NCBI RefSeq assembly: GCF_006345805.1
Contig: NC_043014.1
Span: 42,966,001 to 43,030,000, forward strand
DNA from: Octopus sinensis
Taxonomy: Eukaryota
DNA: 64,000 nt
Direction: 5' to 3'
Below, in pieces: positions 13,358 to 23,455 of this stretch. The notes beneath the pieces were generated by a model. It had not been told where the DNA came from. It saw nothing but the letters and a program-made list of their open reading frames with translations, and ran no database searches. Within the stretch, counting starts at the first letter, position 1, and the number at the start of each line of letters is the position of its first letter. The translations under genes were made by a program, and so were the position numbers.

Positions 13358-13984
13358 CGCATATTTGCCATTTGAATATGGCTAACCCCTAAGGGTTGAT
13401 GCTACTGTAGTTTGTAGCCCCAGGAAGATACCTCCTCCAGCTGGCTATAGACACACTATCTGTGCCCTATCAGTATTTGTGAAGGGAAGTCATCCTTCCC
13501 GTCTTCAACTTATGATACACATGGACTCGAGTTTCAAGGTGTTTACCTATCATCAGCGTGTGACAATCATAGTTGTCGACGAGAATTCAGTTTCCCTCAC
13601 AAATACATATACTTTTTCCAGTGTCGATTGACACTGATATTGAAAAAGTGAAATCAAACAATGATAAATCTCAGAGCGAGTTATAAACAGTAGCAGTAAT
13701 ACATCGTGACGCATATTTGCCATTTGAATATGGCTAACCCCTAAGGTAAACACCTTGAAACTCGAGTCCATGTGTATCATAAGTTGAAGACAGGAAGGAT
13801 GACTTCCCTTCACAAATACTGATAGGGCACAGATAATGTGTCTATAGCCAGCTGGAGGAGGTATCTTCCTGGGGCTACAAACTACAGTAGCATCCACCCT
13901 TAGGGGTTAGCCATATTCAAATGGCAAATATGCATCATGATGTGTTACCGCTACTGTTTATAACTCGCTCTGAGATTTATCATT
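13354..13984. mobile_element. Penelope/retrozyme-like HHR element: 352-bp monomer plus inverted permuted copy
   Basis: 41-bp block at 13354 repeats at 13706; 13744-13984 is an inverted copy that runs across the monomer junction; contains an HHR; flanked by (TA)n on both sides. Confidence 0.75.
13518..13562 (-). ncRNA. Minimal type I hammerhead ribozyme
   Basis: Reverse complement CACACG-CTGATGA-T-AGGT-AAAC-ACCT-T-GAAAC-TCGA-GTC-CATGTG: conserved CUGAUGA and GAAA core, 4-bp stem II, 2-bp stem III with palindromic UCGA loop, GUC cleavage triplet, stem I 5/6 paired. Confidence 0.8.
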
Positions 13985-13987
13985 ATA

Positions 13988-14076
<89 letters not shown>

Positions 14077-14463
14077 GTGTGTATGTATGTGTTTGTTCCC
14101 CCCCCCTCACTTGACAACCGATGCTGGTGTGCTTATGTTCCCGTAACTTAGAGGTTCGGCATAAGATACCAATAGAATAAGTACCAGGCTTACAAAGAAT
14201 AAGTCTGTGTTTGTCCCCACCCACCATGGCTTGACAAAGAATAAGTGCTGAGGCCGATTTATTCGACTAAAGGTGGTGTTCCAGCATGGCCACAGTCAAA
14301 TGACCGAAACAAGTAAAAGACCAAAAGAATAAAGTAGAATGAAAACGAAGCCAGGGGAAGAAATTAGTGAAGAAAAGGCAGGTTTTTTAGGCTCAAATGA
14401 GGAACAAGAAACCAGACATTGAACCTTAAAATGGTAAATGAAAATAATTATGAATATAATATA

Positions 14464-14637
14464 GGCCCAGGAGTCGCTGTGTGGTAAGTAGCTTGCTAAC
14501 CAACCACATGGTTCTGGGTTCAGTCCCACTGCATGGCACCTTGAGCAAGTGTCTTCTGCTATAGCCCCGGGCCGACCAATGCCTTGTGAGTGGATTTGTT
14601 AGACGGAAACTGAAAGAGCTTGTCGTATATATGTATG

Positions 14638-14689
<52 letters not shown>

Positions 14690-14880
14690 GTGGTGTGTGT
14701 GTATGTGTTTGTGTGTCTGTGTGTTTGTCCCCGTCACTTAGCGGTTCGGCGAAAGAGACCGATAGAATAAGTACTGGGCTTACAAAGAATAAGTCCCGGG
14801 GTCGATTTCCTCGACTAAAGGCGGTGCTCCAGCATGGCCACAGTCAAATGACTGAAACAAGTAAAAGATTAAAAGAGTAA
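14464..14880 (+). mobile_element. SINE family A, full length
   Basis: Head, internal microsatellite and tail match the other copies. Confidence 0.92.
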
Positions 14881-15285
14881 AGTGTAAAGAGTATAATAAA
14901 GAGTATAATAATGGTTTCAGCCATTTCGAGGAGGGGGTAACTCGGTTGCATCAACACCAGTGATCAGCTGGTGCTTATTTTTTGGACCCTGTGAGGATGA
15001 AAGGTAAAGGTTGACCTCAGTGGGATTTGAACCCAGAACGGAAAAAAGACAGAAGAAATGCTGCTGAACATTTTGCTTGGCATGCTAACGATTCTGCCTG
15101 CTCACCACATTAATATAACAATGACATCTTTTTATGTTTCATTGATTATACCAGCGCTTTCGATAATGTTTCACATGATGTCCTATGGATCAATAGCATC
15201 AAAATGAAATTCTCTTCTCATATAGTAGACCTTATCAAAAACTTATATGTGTAACATAGTGCAGTTGTTCAAACAATTCTTAATT

Positions 15286-16500
15286 CTTTATTGCCCACAA
15301 GGGGCTAAACGCAGAGGGGACGAACAAGGACAGACAAAGGGATTAAGTCGATTACCTCGACCCCAGTGCATAACTGGTACTTAATTTATCGACCCTGAAA
15401 GGATGAAAGGCAAAGTCGACCTCGATAATGTTTCACATGATGTCCTATGGATCAATAGCATCAAATTTAGATTCTCTTCTCATATAGTAGACCTTATCAA
15501 AAACTTATATGTGTAACATAGTGCAGTTGTTCAAACAATTCTTATTTCTTTATTGCCCACAAGGAGCTAAACGCAGAGGGGACGAACAAGGACAGACAAA
15601 GGGATTAAGTCGATTACATCGACCCCCAGTGCGTAACTGGTACTTAATTTATCGATCCCGAAAGGATGAAATGGCAAAGTCGACCTTGGCGGAATTTGAA
15701 CTCGGAACGTAACGACAGACGAAATACGGCTACGCATTTTGCCTAGCACCCTAACGTTTCTGCCAGCTCACACCTTTTTCCATTCTTATTTCTTTATTGC
15801 CCACAAGGGGCTAAACATAGAGGGAATAAATAAGGACAGACAAAGGGATTAAGTTGATTAGATTGACCCCAGTGCGTAACTTGTACTTAATTTATTGACC
15901 CAGAAAGGATGAAAGGCAGAGTCGACCTCGGCGGAATTTGAACTCAGAACGTAACGGCAGACGAAATACCGCTAAGCATTTTGCCTAGCACCCTAACATT
16001 TCTGCCAGCTCCCACCTTTTTCCATTCCTATTTCTTTATTGCCCACAAGGGGCTAAACATAGAGGGAATAAATAAGGACAGACAAAGGGATTAAGTTGAT
16101 TAGATTGACCCCAGTGCGTAACTTGTACTTAATTTATTGACCCAGAAAGGATGAAAGGCAGAGTCGACCTCGGCGGAATTTGAACTCAGAACGTAACGGC
16201 AGACGAAATACAGCTAAGCATTTTGCCTAGCACCCTAACATTTCTGCCAGCTCCCACCTTTTTCCATTCCTATTTCTTTATTGCCCACAAGGGGCTAAAC
16301 ATAGAGGGAATAAATAAGGACAGACAAAGGGATTAAGTTGATTAGATTGACCCCAGTGCATAACTGGTACTTAATTTATCGACCCTGAAAGGAAATAAGG
16401 CAGAGTCGACCTTGGTGGAATTTGAACTCAGAACGTAACGGCAGACAAAATACTGCTAAGCATTTTGCCCGGCATGCTAACGTTTCTGCCAGCTCCCACC
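15286..16500 (-). mobile_element. SINE family B array: one truncated copy plus four tandem copies (242-bp period)
   Basis: Units start near 15546, 15781, 16023 and 16265; TTGTTCAAACAAT flanks the four-copy block; a ~120-bp flank is duplicated at 15161 and 15424. Confidence 0.92.
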
Positions 16501-16523
16501 TTTGTTCAAACAATCTGTAACCT

Positions 16524-16597
16524 AACAGATTGGTTTGATGTTGAACAAGGCATCTGCCAGGGTTGCATCCTTTCTCTGCACCTCTTTAATATATATT
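16524..16597 (+). mobile_element. RTE reverse-transcriptase fragment
   Basis: TDWFDVEQGICQGCILSLHLFNIYS resembles the G(V/I)RQGCILSPxLFNxY RT motif. Confidence 0.75.
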
Positions 16598-17113
16598 CTA
16601 AGGCCCTTCCTAATGCCAACCACTCTGTGAGTGGAATGGGTGCTTATCATTCCACTAGCATGGGTACCATTTGCATGACACTAGTATCTGCTATAACTGC
16701 AATTTTGCTTGGCTTGATGGGTCTTCTTTTCAAGTACAATATAATGCCAAAGGTCTTGGTCATTGCCTCTGTGAGACCCAGCACTTGAAAGGAACTCAGC
16801 CACTTTGACTCCATGAGGCCCAATGCTCAAAAGATGCTCTTTACGTGCCACTGGCATGGGTGCCAGTTACGTGACACCAGCATCAGCCATGACTACGATT
16901 TTATTTCACTTGACAGGTCTTCTCAAGCACAGCATATTACCATAGGTTTCGGTCACTAGTCATTGCATCTGTGATGCTTAAATTTCAAAGACCATGCTTC
17001 ACCACTTCACCCATGTCTTCCTTGGTCTACCTCTACCACAAGTTCCTTCCATAGTTAGTGATTGGCACTTCTTAAAACAGCTGTCCTCATCCATATGACC
17101 ATACTAGTGCAGT
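16598..17113 (-). mobile_element. RTE LINE 3' end (ORF C-terminus plus 3' UTR)
   Basis: Minus strand EGTCGRGRPRKTW..AMTSDRNLW*YAVLEKT followed by GTGGCAC(G/A)TAAAGAGCA-type UTR units. Confidence 0.85.
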
Positions 17114-17254
17114 CCCTCAACTGGGTCAACATTTGGCAGACTCTCCACGGAGATGATAGGATTTGAATGCAGAATATTAAAAAACAAAAAAAAATAAATG
17201 AAGTTTCACAAGATGCTTCTTTTGATGCTCCAACAATTCTGCCATCTCACTACT

Positions 17255-17483
17255 TTAACACTCTTGTTACCATATTTCTGTTGAGATGCTCTGTGATCCT
17301 TTCAATTGATTTTAAATATAGCAAAGAATTTAGTAAAATAACTTAGTTATCATTAAGCTAGTGTTAGGAACATAAATTGTGACTAAGGTTTGGTGGAAGA
17401 TTTTAATTGAGAACTTTTGAAAACAAAACATTTGTACTCAGAGCCAGAGCCAGTTTCAGGTGGGTTGGTATCGAAAGGGTTAA
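17255..17483. mobile_element. piggyBac-type MITE
   Basis: TTAA-CACTCTT ... AAAGGG-TTAA; same family as 43701-43928. Confidence 0.7.
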
Positions 17484-17574
17484 AACACTCATTACAAATT
17501 CAGGTAAGAATTGTAAAATCATGTACCAAGATGCGTAAAAAAACACGAGTAAGCTTTCACTTTTTGATGATGGG

Positions 17575-17870
17575 GGTCCTAAGTGATCTGATCAACAGAA
17601 CAGTCTACTTGTGAAATTAACATGCAAGTGGCTGAGTACTCCACAGACATGTGTACCCTTAACGTAGTTTTCAGAGAGATTCAGTGAGACACAGGGTGTG
17701 ACAAAGCTGGCCCTTTGAAATACAAGTACAACTCATTTTTTGCCAGCTCAGTGAACTGGAGCAATGTGGAATAAAGTGTCTTGCTCAAGGCTGCAATGTA
17801 CTGCAGGGAATCAAACCTAGGACCTTATGATCATGGGCGGAATGCCCTAACCATTAAACCACATGCTTTC
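17575..17870 (-). mobile_element. tRNA-derived SINE family F (degenerate)
   Basis: Reverse complement resembles the heads at 21420 and 55972 (GGTTAG..GCC..ATCAT..GGTTTGATTCC..CTTGAGCAAGACACTTTATT). Confidence 0.6.
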
Positions 17871-17909
17871 ACACACACACACACACACACATGTTTTAGA
17901 ACTGGCCAC

Positions 17910-18325
17910 TACTCTTTACTCTTTTACTTGTTTCAGTCATTTGATTGGGGCCATGCTGGAGCACCGCCTTTAGTCGAGCAAATCGACCCCAGGACTTATT
18001 CTTTGTAAGCCTAGTACTTATTCTATCGGTCTCTTTTGCTGAACCGCTAAGTTACAGGGATGTAAATACAGCAGCATCGGTTGTCAAGTGATGTTGGTGG
18101 TGGGGGAGACAAACACAAACACACAAACATACACATACATATATATATATATATTACATATATATGACGGGCTTCTTTCAGTTTCTGTCTACCAAATCCA
18201 CTCACAAGGCTTTAGTCAGCCCGAGGCTATAGTAGAAGACACTTGCACAAGGTGCCACGCAGTAGGACTGAACCCGGAACCATGTAGTTGGTAAGCAAGC
18301 TACTTACCACACAGCCACTCCTGCA
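17910..18325 (-). mobile_element. SINE family A, full length
   Basis: Reverse complement of the family A consensus seen in this window. Confidence 0.92.
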
Positions 18326-18329
18326 CTTT

Positions 18330-19446
18330 CATACACTTAAAGGAAATCCCATTCTATATGGTGGGAAGTATATGCTTAATAGTTACAGACACAAGTAGAT
18401 GAGTAGAATAACTGGCAGAACTAAATGACCTCCATATCGTTTGAATACAATATTTTTGATTTAATGTTAACAGAATAACTCTGAGTGAGTCATTGTAACA
18501 ATAGCATTGATGCTTCCTTGCTACCATGACAACCAATGTTATTTCTTCTTGGAATTTAACTTTGAAAGCTGAATCAATGCAGAAGAATTGCAACTTGATG
18601 AAATCTCCAATAGGCTTACATGCACAAGTCTCTGATATCCAAGTAGCTAAAAATTGTCACTGAAGGACATCTAGGAGTCATGACCTGGATGTGACCCAGC
18701 TCACTTAGAGTGTAAGGAGTCAAGGGCTGGGACACTTGCCTGAAGCAGGGTTCCTCCTCCGAAGATGACCTTCTGCTGTTCAGTTTCTCTTGAGAGTTTC
18801 CAAACACTTTTTTCTGAAAACAAAAATTTCTCCAAAATTTAATAAATCATGTTATCAAAGTAAAAGAAATCACAGTCTCTGCTTTATGGAAATGCCCTCG
18901 CAATGAAGGTGAAAATACAAACATGAATGAAAATACTCCATTTGCAGTCACTCATGATTGTAGAAACCACAGCATTTTACATTCGGTTAAATGATACCTT
19001 CCAATTTTACATCAATCGTCAAATCTTAGAAAAATAATTGAATAATGACAAATCATCAACAGCCAAAGGCAACCATCTAATTTTTTAAAACTAATACTCT
19101 TAACAAAGGTGCAATTCACATCAGGGGAAGAAATAAAGCAGGTGACAAACTGTAGAGATCCTCTCCCCTCTGTGATGGGACTTGGGAAATAATTAAACTG
19201 AAAACAACTGAGGGATTCATGAATGGGAAGTAATTGAAGGCGAATACAAACATGAATTGTGATAACAAGAAAAAAAAATCTCATTTACTGCATCACATCC
19301 CTGCAAAGCAATGAGAATTACATTTGTCAAGCATGGACAAAATTAATACATCCTGTTATGTGTCATGTTAGAGTACAGAAACAACAAGTTAAAGATTTCC
19401 TTATTTCTGAACATCTAGTCACTTATCTGGTCAAATGGAAACTTTA
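18330..19446 (+). pseudogene. Decayed Penelope-like element (RT C-terminus, linker, GIY-YIG endonuclease) with a ~370-bp foreign insert
   Basis: KEIPFYMVGSICLIVTD..LAEL | F*KQKFLQNLINH..PFAVTHD..LPILHQS..IINSQRQP..NMNCDNKKKNLIYCITSLQSNENYICQAW..RVQKQQVKD matches PLE IPF..ICxIV, PFVxT, RQPxNL and NLIYCITC..CxxxYIGQT motifs; several stops. Confidence 0.8.
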
Positions 19447-19489
19447 AAACATTTTCTGTTTTTACAAAATAAAGAAAGAAAATGATCAA

Positions 19490-19652
19490 CGCAGGAGTGG
19501 CTGTGAGGTAAGTAGATTGCTAACCAACCACATGGTTCCGGGTTCAGTCCCACTGCGTGGCATCTTGGGCAAGTGTCTTCTGCTATAGCCCCGGGCCGAC
19601 CAATGCCTTGTGAGTGGATTTGGTAGACGGAAACTGAAAGAAGCCTGTCGTA

Positions 19653-19703
<51 letters not shown>

Positions 19704-19965
19704 ATGTGTGTGTGTGTTTGTGTGTCTGTGTTTGTCCCCCTAGCATTGCTTGACAACTGATGCTGGTGTGTTTACGTCCCCGTCACTTAGCGGTTCAGCA
19801 AAAGAGACCGATAGAATAAGTACTGGGCTTACAAAAGAATAAGTCCTGGGGTCGATTTGCTCGATTAAAGGCGGTGCTCCAGCATGGCCGCAGTCAAATG
19901 AGTGAAACAAGTAAAAAGAGTAAAAAGAGTAAAAAGAGTAAAAAGAGTAAAAAGAGTAAAGAGAT
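19490..19965 (+). mobile_element. SINE family A, full length, with slipped (GTAAAAAGA)n tail
   Basis: Near-consensus copy; tail unit repeated about 5 times. Confidence 0.93.
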
Positions 19966-20395
19966 GAAAAGCGAAAGAGTAACACTTCATAAGAAGTCTA
20001 AAATCAAAAATAAACCAAAATTATTCAACACTACAACATGGATTGCATCATAACATATGAGTTTGACAAATTTAACAATGAAAGCACTTACACACGGAGT
20101 TCGTAAATTTCTTTCCAAAAGGTCTGTGTCATTTGGTTTTACTAAGATTTTTAAAATTATATTTATATAATGTATTTTGCAAAAAAGCTTGAAATCAAAA
20201 AAAAAAAGCATAAGTTCTTTTACACACATATGGAATTTGTTATAATCTACCTTTCAAATTGACTCTGATGTCATTGGTTGTCCTGAGGCTATATAGTAGA
20301 AGACACTTGTTATAAAAATTTAAATTCTCAGATCAACAGTTTGTATTTTTACCTAATATTTCAACATTTCAGGCTTAAAAACAATTATTAAAACA

Positions 20396-20438
<43 letters not shown>

Positions 20439-20534
20439 TACCTTCATCTCTGCTTCTTCCTTCTTTGTTATCTAATTAAATTAAAGGTGAAAACCACGAG
20501 TCTCCCCTTGTTATTACATCCATTTTCTTCTACT

Positions 20535-20566
<32 letters not shown>

Positions 20567-20643
20567 ATAAATATTAGGGAATAAATCCAAATTTACAGGA
20601 AAAAATCAGATTTAGGATTAAATCCAATTTTATAGTAAAATAT

Positions 20644-20903
20644 TATATAATATTATTAGAGACAAAACCACTATTTTGCAAAACAAACAAGGAAAGACTT
20701 AATCAATACATAAAATTTTAATAAAAAGTCAAAAAAACTCCACTACAATTGTTTCTTGTCCTGATCGACAATAAGTCCACCTGAAGATTGTCGATCAGGA
20801 CAAGAAACAATTGTAGTGGAGTTTTTTTGACTTTTTATTAAAATTTTATGTATTGATTAAGTCTTTCCTTGTTTGTTTTGCAAAATAGTGGTTTTGTCTC
20901 TAA

Positions 20904-20915
<12 letters not shown>
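20644..20915. repeat. Perfect palindrome, 129-bp arms and 14-bp spacer; Penelope-type fold-back
   Basis: 20644-20772 is the reverse complement of 20787-20915; the spacer end forms CTGAAGA; flanked by (TA)n. Confidence 0.9.
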
Positions 20916-20940
<25 letters not shown>

Positions 20941-20945
<5 letters not shown>

Positions 20946-21145
20946 ATCCAAACATGAAAACACAAAGAGAAAACACAACAATGCGAGGATGTGGAACAAA
21001 TATAGTATTATTGGACGTTCAGGAAGGAAGGAGAGAAGGAGGGTTTAACATTTTGAGTGGAGCTCTTCGTCAGAAACATATGAAAAGGAAAGATCCAAAG
21101 AAGGGAAGACGGAGGAAATAATCACCAACGGTACACACGCGGTCA
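20941..21145 (-). mobile_element. Penelope-type terminal fragment with degenerate HHR
   Basis: Reverse complement GTTT-CTGACGA-A-GAGCTCCACTC-AAAATGTT-AAAC at 21043-21077. Confidence 0.6.
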
Positions 21146-21179
21146 TATATATACACATCTATATATATTCATCATGATA

Positions 21180-21360
21180 GATCAATAGCCACTAAACCAT
21201 TTTCTATTTTCTCTCCCTGTTTATTTCTGTATTCCTTTCTATGAAAGAGCCTAGGCTCGAAACATAAAAGACTTTCTTACTTCCTGAGTGTTAAACTAAT
21301 ACATCTGTTTGTTGTTTACACACCCATCTTCGTCTTTTTTGTTTTTTGTAAATTCTCACT
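21180..21360 (+). mobile_element. Penelope-type terminal fragment with degenerate HHR
   Basis: CTTT-CTATGAA-A-GAGC-CTAG-GCTC-GAAAC-AT-AAAAG at 21235-21270. Confidence 0.5.
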
Positions 21361-21419
21361 ATATATATATTATATCAGAACATGCATCATGAAATGCATA
21401 CATCATGAAGTTACATGAA

Positions 21420-21750
21420 CCAGTGGCTAGAGTGTTGAGCTCACAATCATGAAGTAGTGAGTTCGATTCCTGGACTGGGCTGTGTGTCATGTTCCTGAGC
21501 AAAACACTTTATTTCACATTCCTCCAGTTCCATCAGCTGTAGAAATGAGTTGTGACATCAATGGTGCCAAGCTGTATCAGCCTTTGCCTTTTCCTTGGAA
21601 AACATTGGTAGCATGGAGAGGGGAGGCTGGTATGCCTGAGCGACTGCTGGTCTTCCATAAACAACCTTGCCCGGACTTGTGCCTTGTAGAGAAACTTTCT
21701 AGGTGCAACCCCACAGTCATTCGTGACTGAAGGGAGTCTTCACCGTTACA
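21420..21750 (+). mobile_element. tRNA-derived SINE family F
   Basis: GTGGCTAGAGTG (A-box-like), GAGTTCGATTCC (B box), then CTGAGCAAAACACTTTATTTCAC. Confidence 0.75.
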
Positions 21751-21802
21751 CCTTGTGAAACTATACTATTCTACTGCATATATATATGTGTTTATATATA
21801 TA

Positions 21803-21846
<44 letters not shown>

Positions 21847-21862
21847 TTTTATATATATATAT

Positions 21863-22071
21863 ACCGGAGTAAAAACATAAATGTGAAACACGGTGGAAAA
21901 AAGAGTACTCAAATACCAGTGGTAGAGTAATATGCTTTATTTAAAGCAGCAGAAAATTCAACAAAACCTGTTACTCTGAGTTTCCCGTTGCCGTTCGTCA
22001 CTGTCCGACGAACGGCAACGGGAAACTCAGAGTAACAGGTTTTGTTGAATTTTCTGCTGCTTTAAATAAAG
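21863..22071. repeat. Fold-back element with 65-bp perfect arms and an HHR-like centre
   Basis: 21935-21999 is the reverse complement of 22007-22071 with spacer ACTGTCC; centre reads CCGACGA-A-CG-GCAA-CG-G-GAAAC. Confidence 0.85.
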
Positions 22072-22401
22072 TATATATATATATATAATAATATATAATA
22101 TATAATATATATATATAATACATATATATATATATATATATATATATTAATATATATATATAACTACAAAATTAGAAAATGGAGAAACATACTTAAATCA
22201 ATAAATGAATTTTCAACCCCTATCTCATTTTATAACCTATATATATATAATATATATATATACATACATATATATATATTATATACATACATATATATGT
22301 ATATATATATATATATACATACATATATATATATACATACATACATATATATACATATATATATATATATATACATTTATTTATACATATATTTATATAT
22401 A

Positions 22402-22451
<50 letters not shown>

Positions 22452-22454
<3 letters not shown>

Positions 22455-22614
22455 ACTCTTGGAGTGGTTGGCGTTAGGAAGGGCATCCAGCTGTAGAAAC
22501 ACTGCCAGATCAGACTGGGCCTGGTGCAGCCTACTGGCTTCCCAGACCCCAGTTGAACCGTCCAACCCATGCTAGCATGGAAAACGGATGTTAAACGATG
22601 ATGATGATGATGAT
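22452..22614 (+). mobile_element. RTE 3' tail fragment
   Basis: GGCGTTAGGAAGGGCATCCAGCTGTAGAAAC ... GCATGGAAAACGGATGTTAAAC(GAT)n. Confidence 0.8.
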
Positions 22615-22799
22615 ATATATATTTACTTATATACGAACTTTTGTATAGTTTCTTTCTACTGACTTCATTCATGAAACATTTGTTGGCACCAGGCTACAGA
22701 CATTTGCACCTGGTGTCACAAAGTAGGAATGAACTGTAAACTACACGGCTGCGAGACAAACTTCTTAACTATGCAGCCATTCTATTATCAATACACACA

Positions 22800-23455
22800 A
22801 TTATGTACACACACACACACACGCGCGTGCGTGTGCAGGTATATGTGTATATATATATGTGTGTGTGTATATATGTATGTATATATGTATGTGTGTGTAT
22901 GTGTATGTATATATGCTTATATATGTACATGTGTGTGTATGCATGTATGTATATATGTTTATATGTGTACATGTGTGTGTATGCATGTAGGTATGTATGT
23001 TTATGTGAGTACATGTGTGTGTATGCATGTATGTATATATGTTTATATTTGTACATGTATGTATATGCATGTGTGTATATGCATGTGTGTATAAGCATGT
23101 GTGTATGTATATGTTTATATGTGTAAAGTGTGTGTGTGTATGTATGTATATATGAGTACATGCATGTGTGTGTGTATGTATATATGTTTATATGAGTGCA
23201 TGTATGTGTATGTATGTATGTATGTATGTATGTATGTATGTATGTATATATGTTTATATGAGTCCATGTGTGTATGTATGAATGTATGTATGTATGTATG
23301 TTTATGTATACATGTATGTATGTATGTATGTATGTATGTTTATATGTGTACATGTATGTGTACGTGTGTATGTGCACATGTGTGTGTCCGGGTGTATGTG
23401 TACATGTGTGTGTATGTGTGCGTGTATGTCTGTCTGTGTGTCTGTGTCTGCGTAA
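22800..23455. repeat. Complex (TG/TA) repeat with a ~40-bp higher-order unit
   Basis: Recurring GTACATGTGTGTGTATGCATGTATGTATATATGTTTATAT. Confidence 0.85.

Larger units (their letters stand above)
13176..14340 (+). mobile_element. SINE family A split at its internal (TA)n tract by the HHR element
   Basis: 5' half ends ~13330; 3' half resumes ~14070 with TGTTTGTTCCCC...CTTGACAACCGATG. Confidence 0.85.

Noticed and set aside
18620-18816. Apparent spliced minus-strand F-box exon
   Set aside because: The acceptor is supplied by antisense Penelope sequence, and the F-box similarity needs a frameshift and crosses a stop; kept only as a decayed insert
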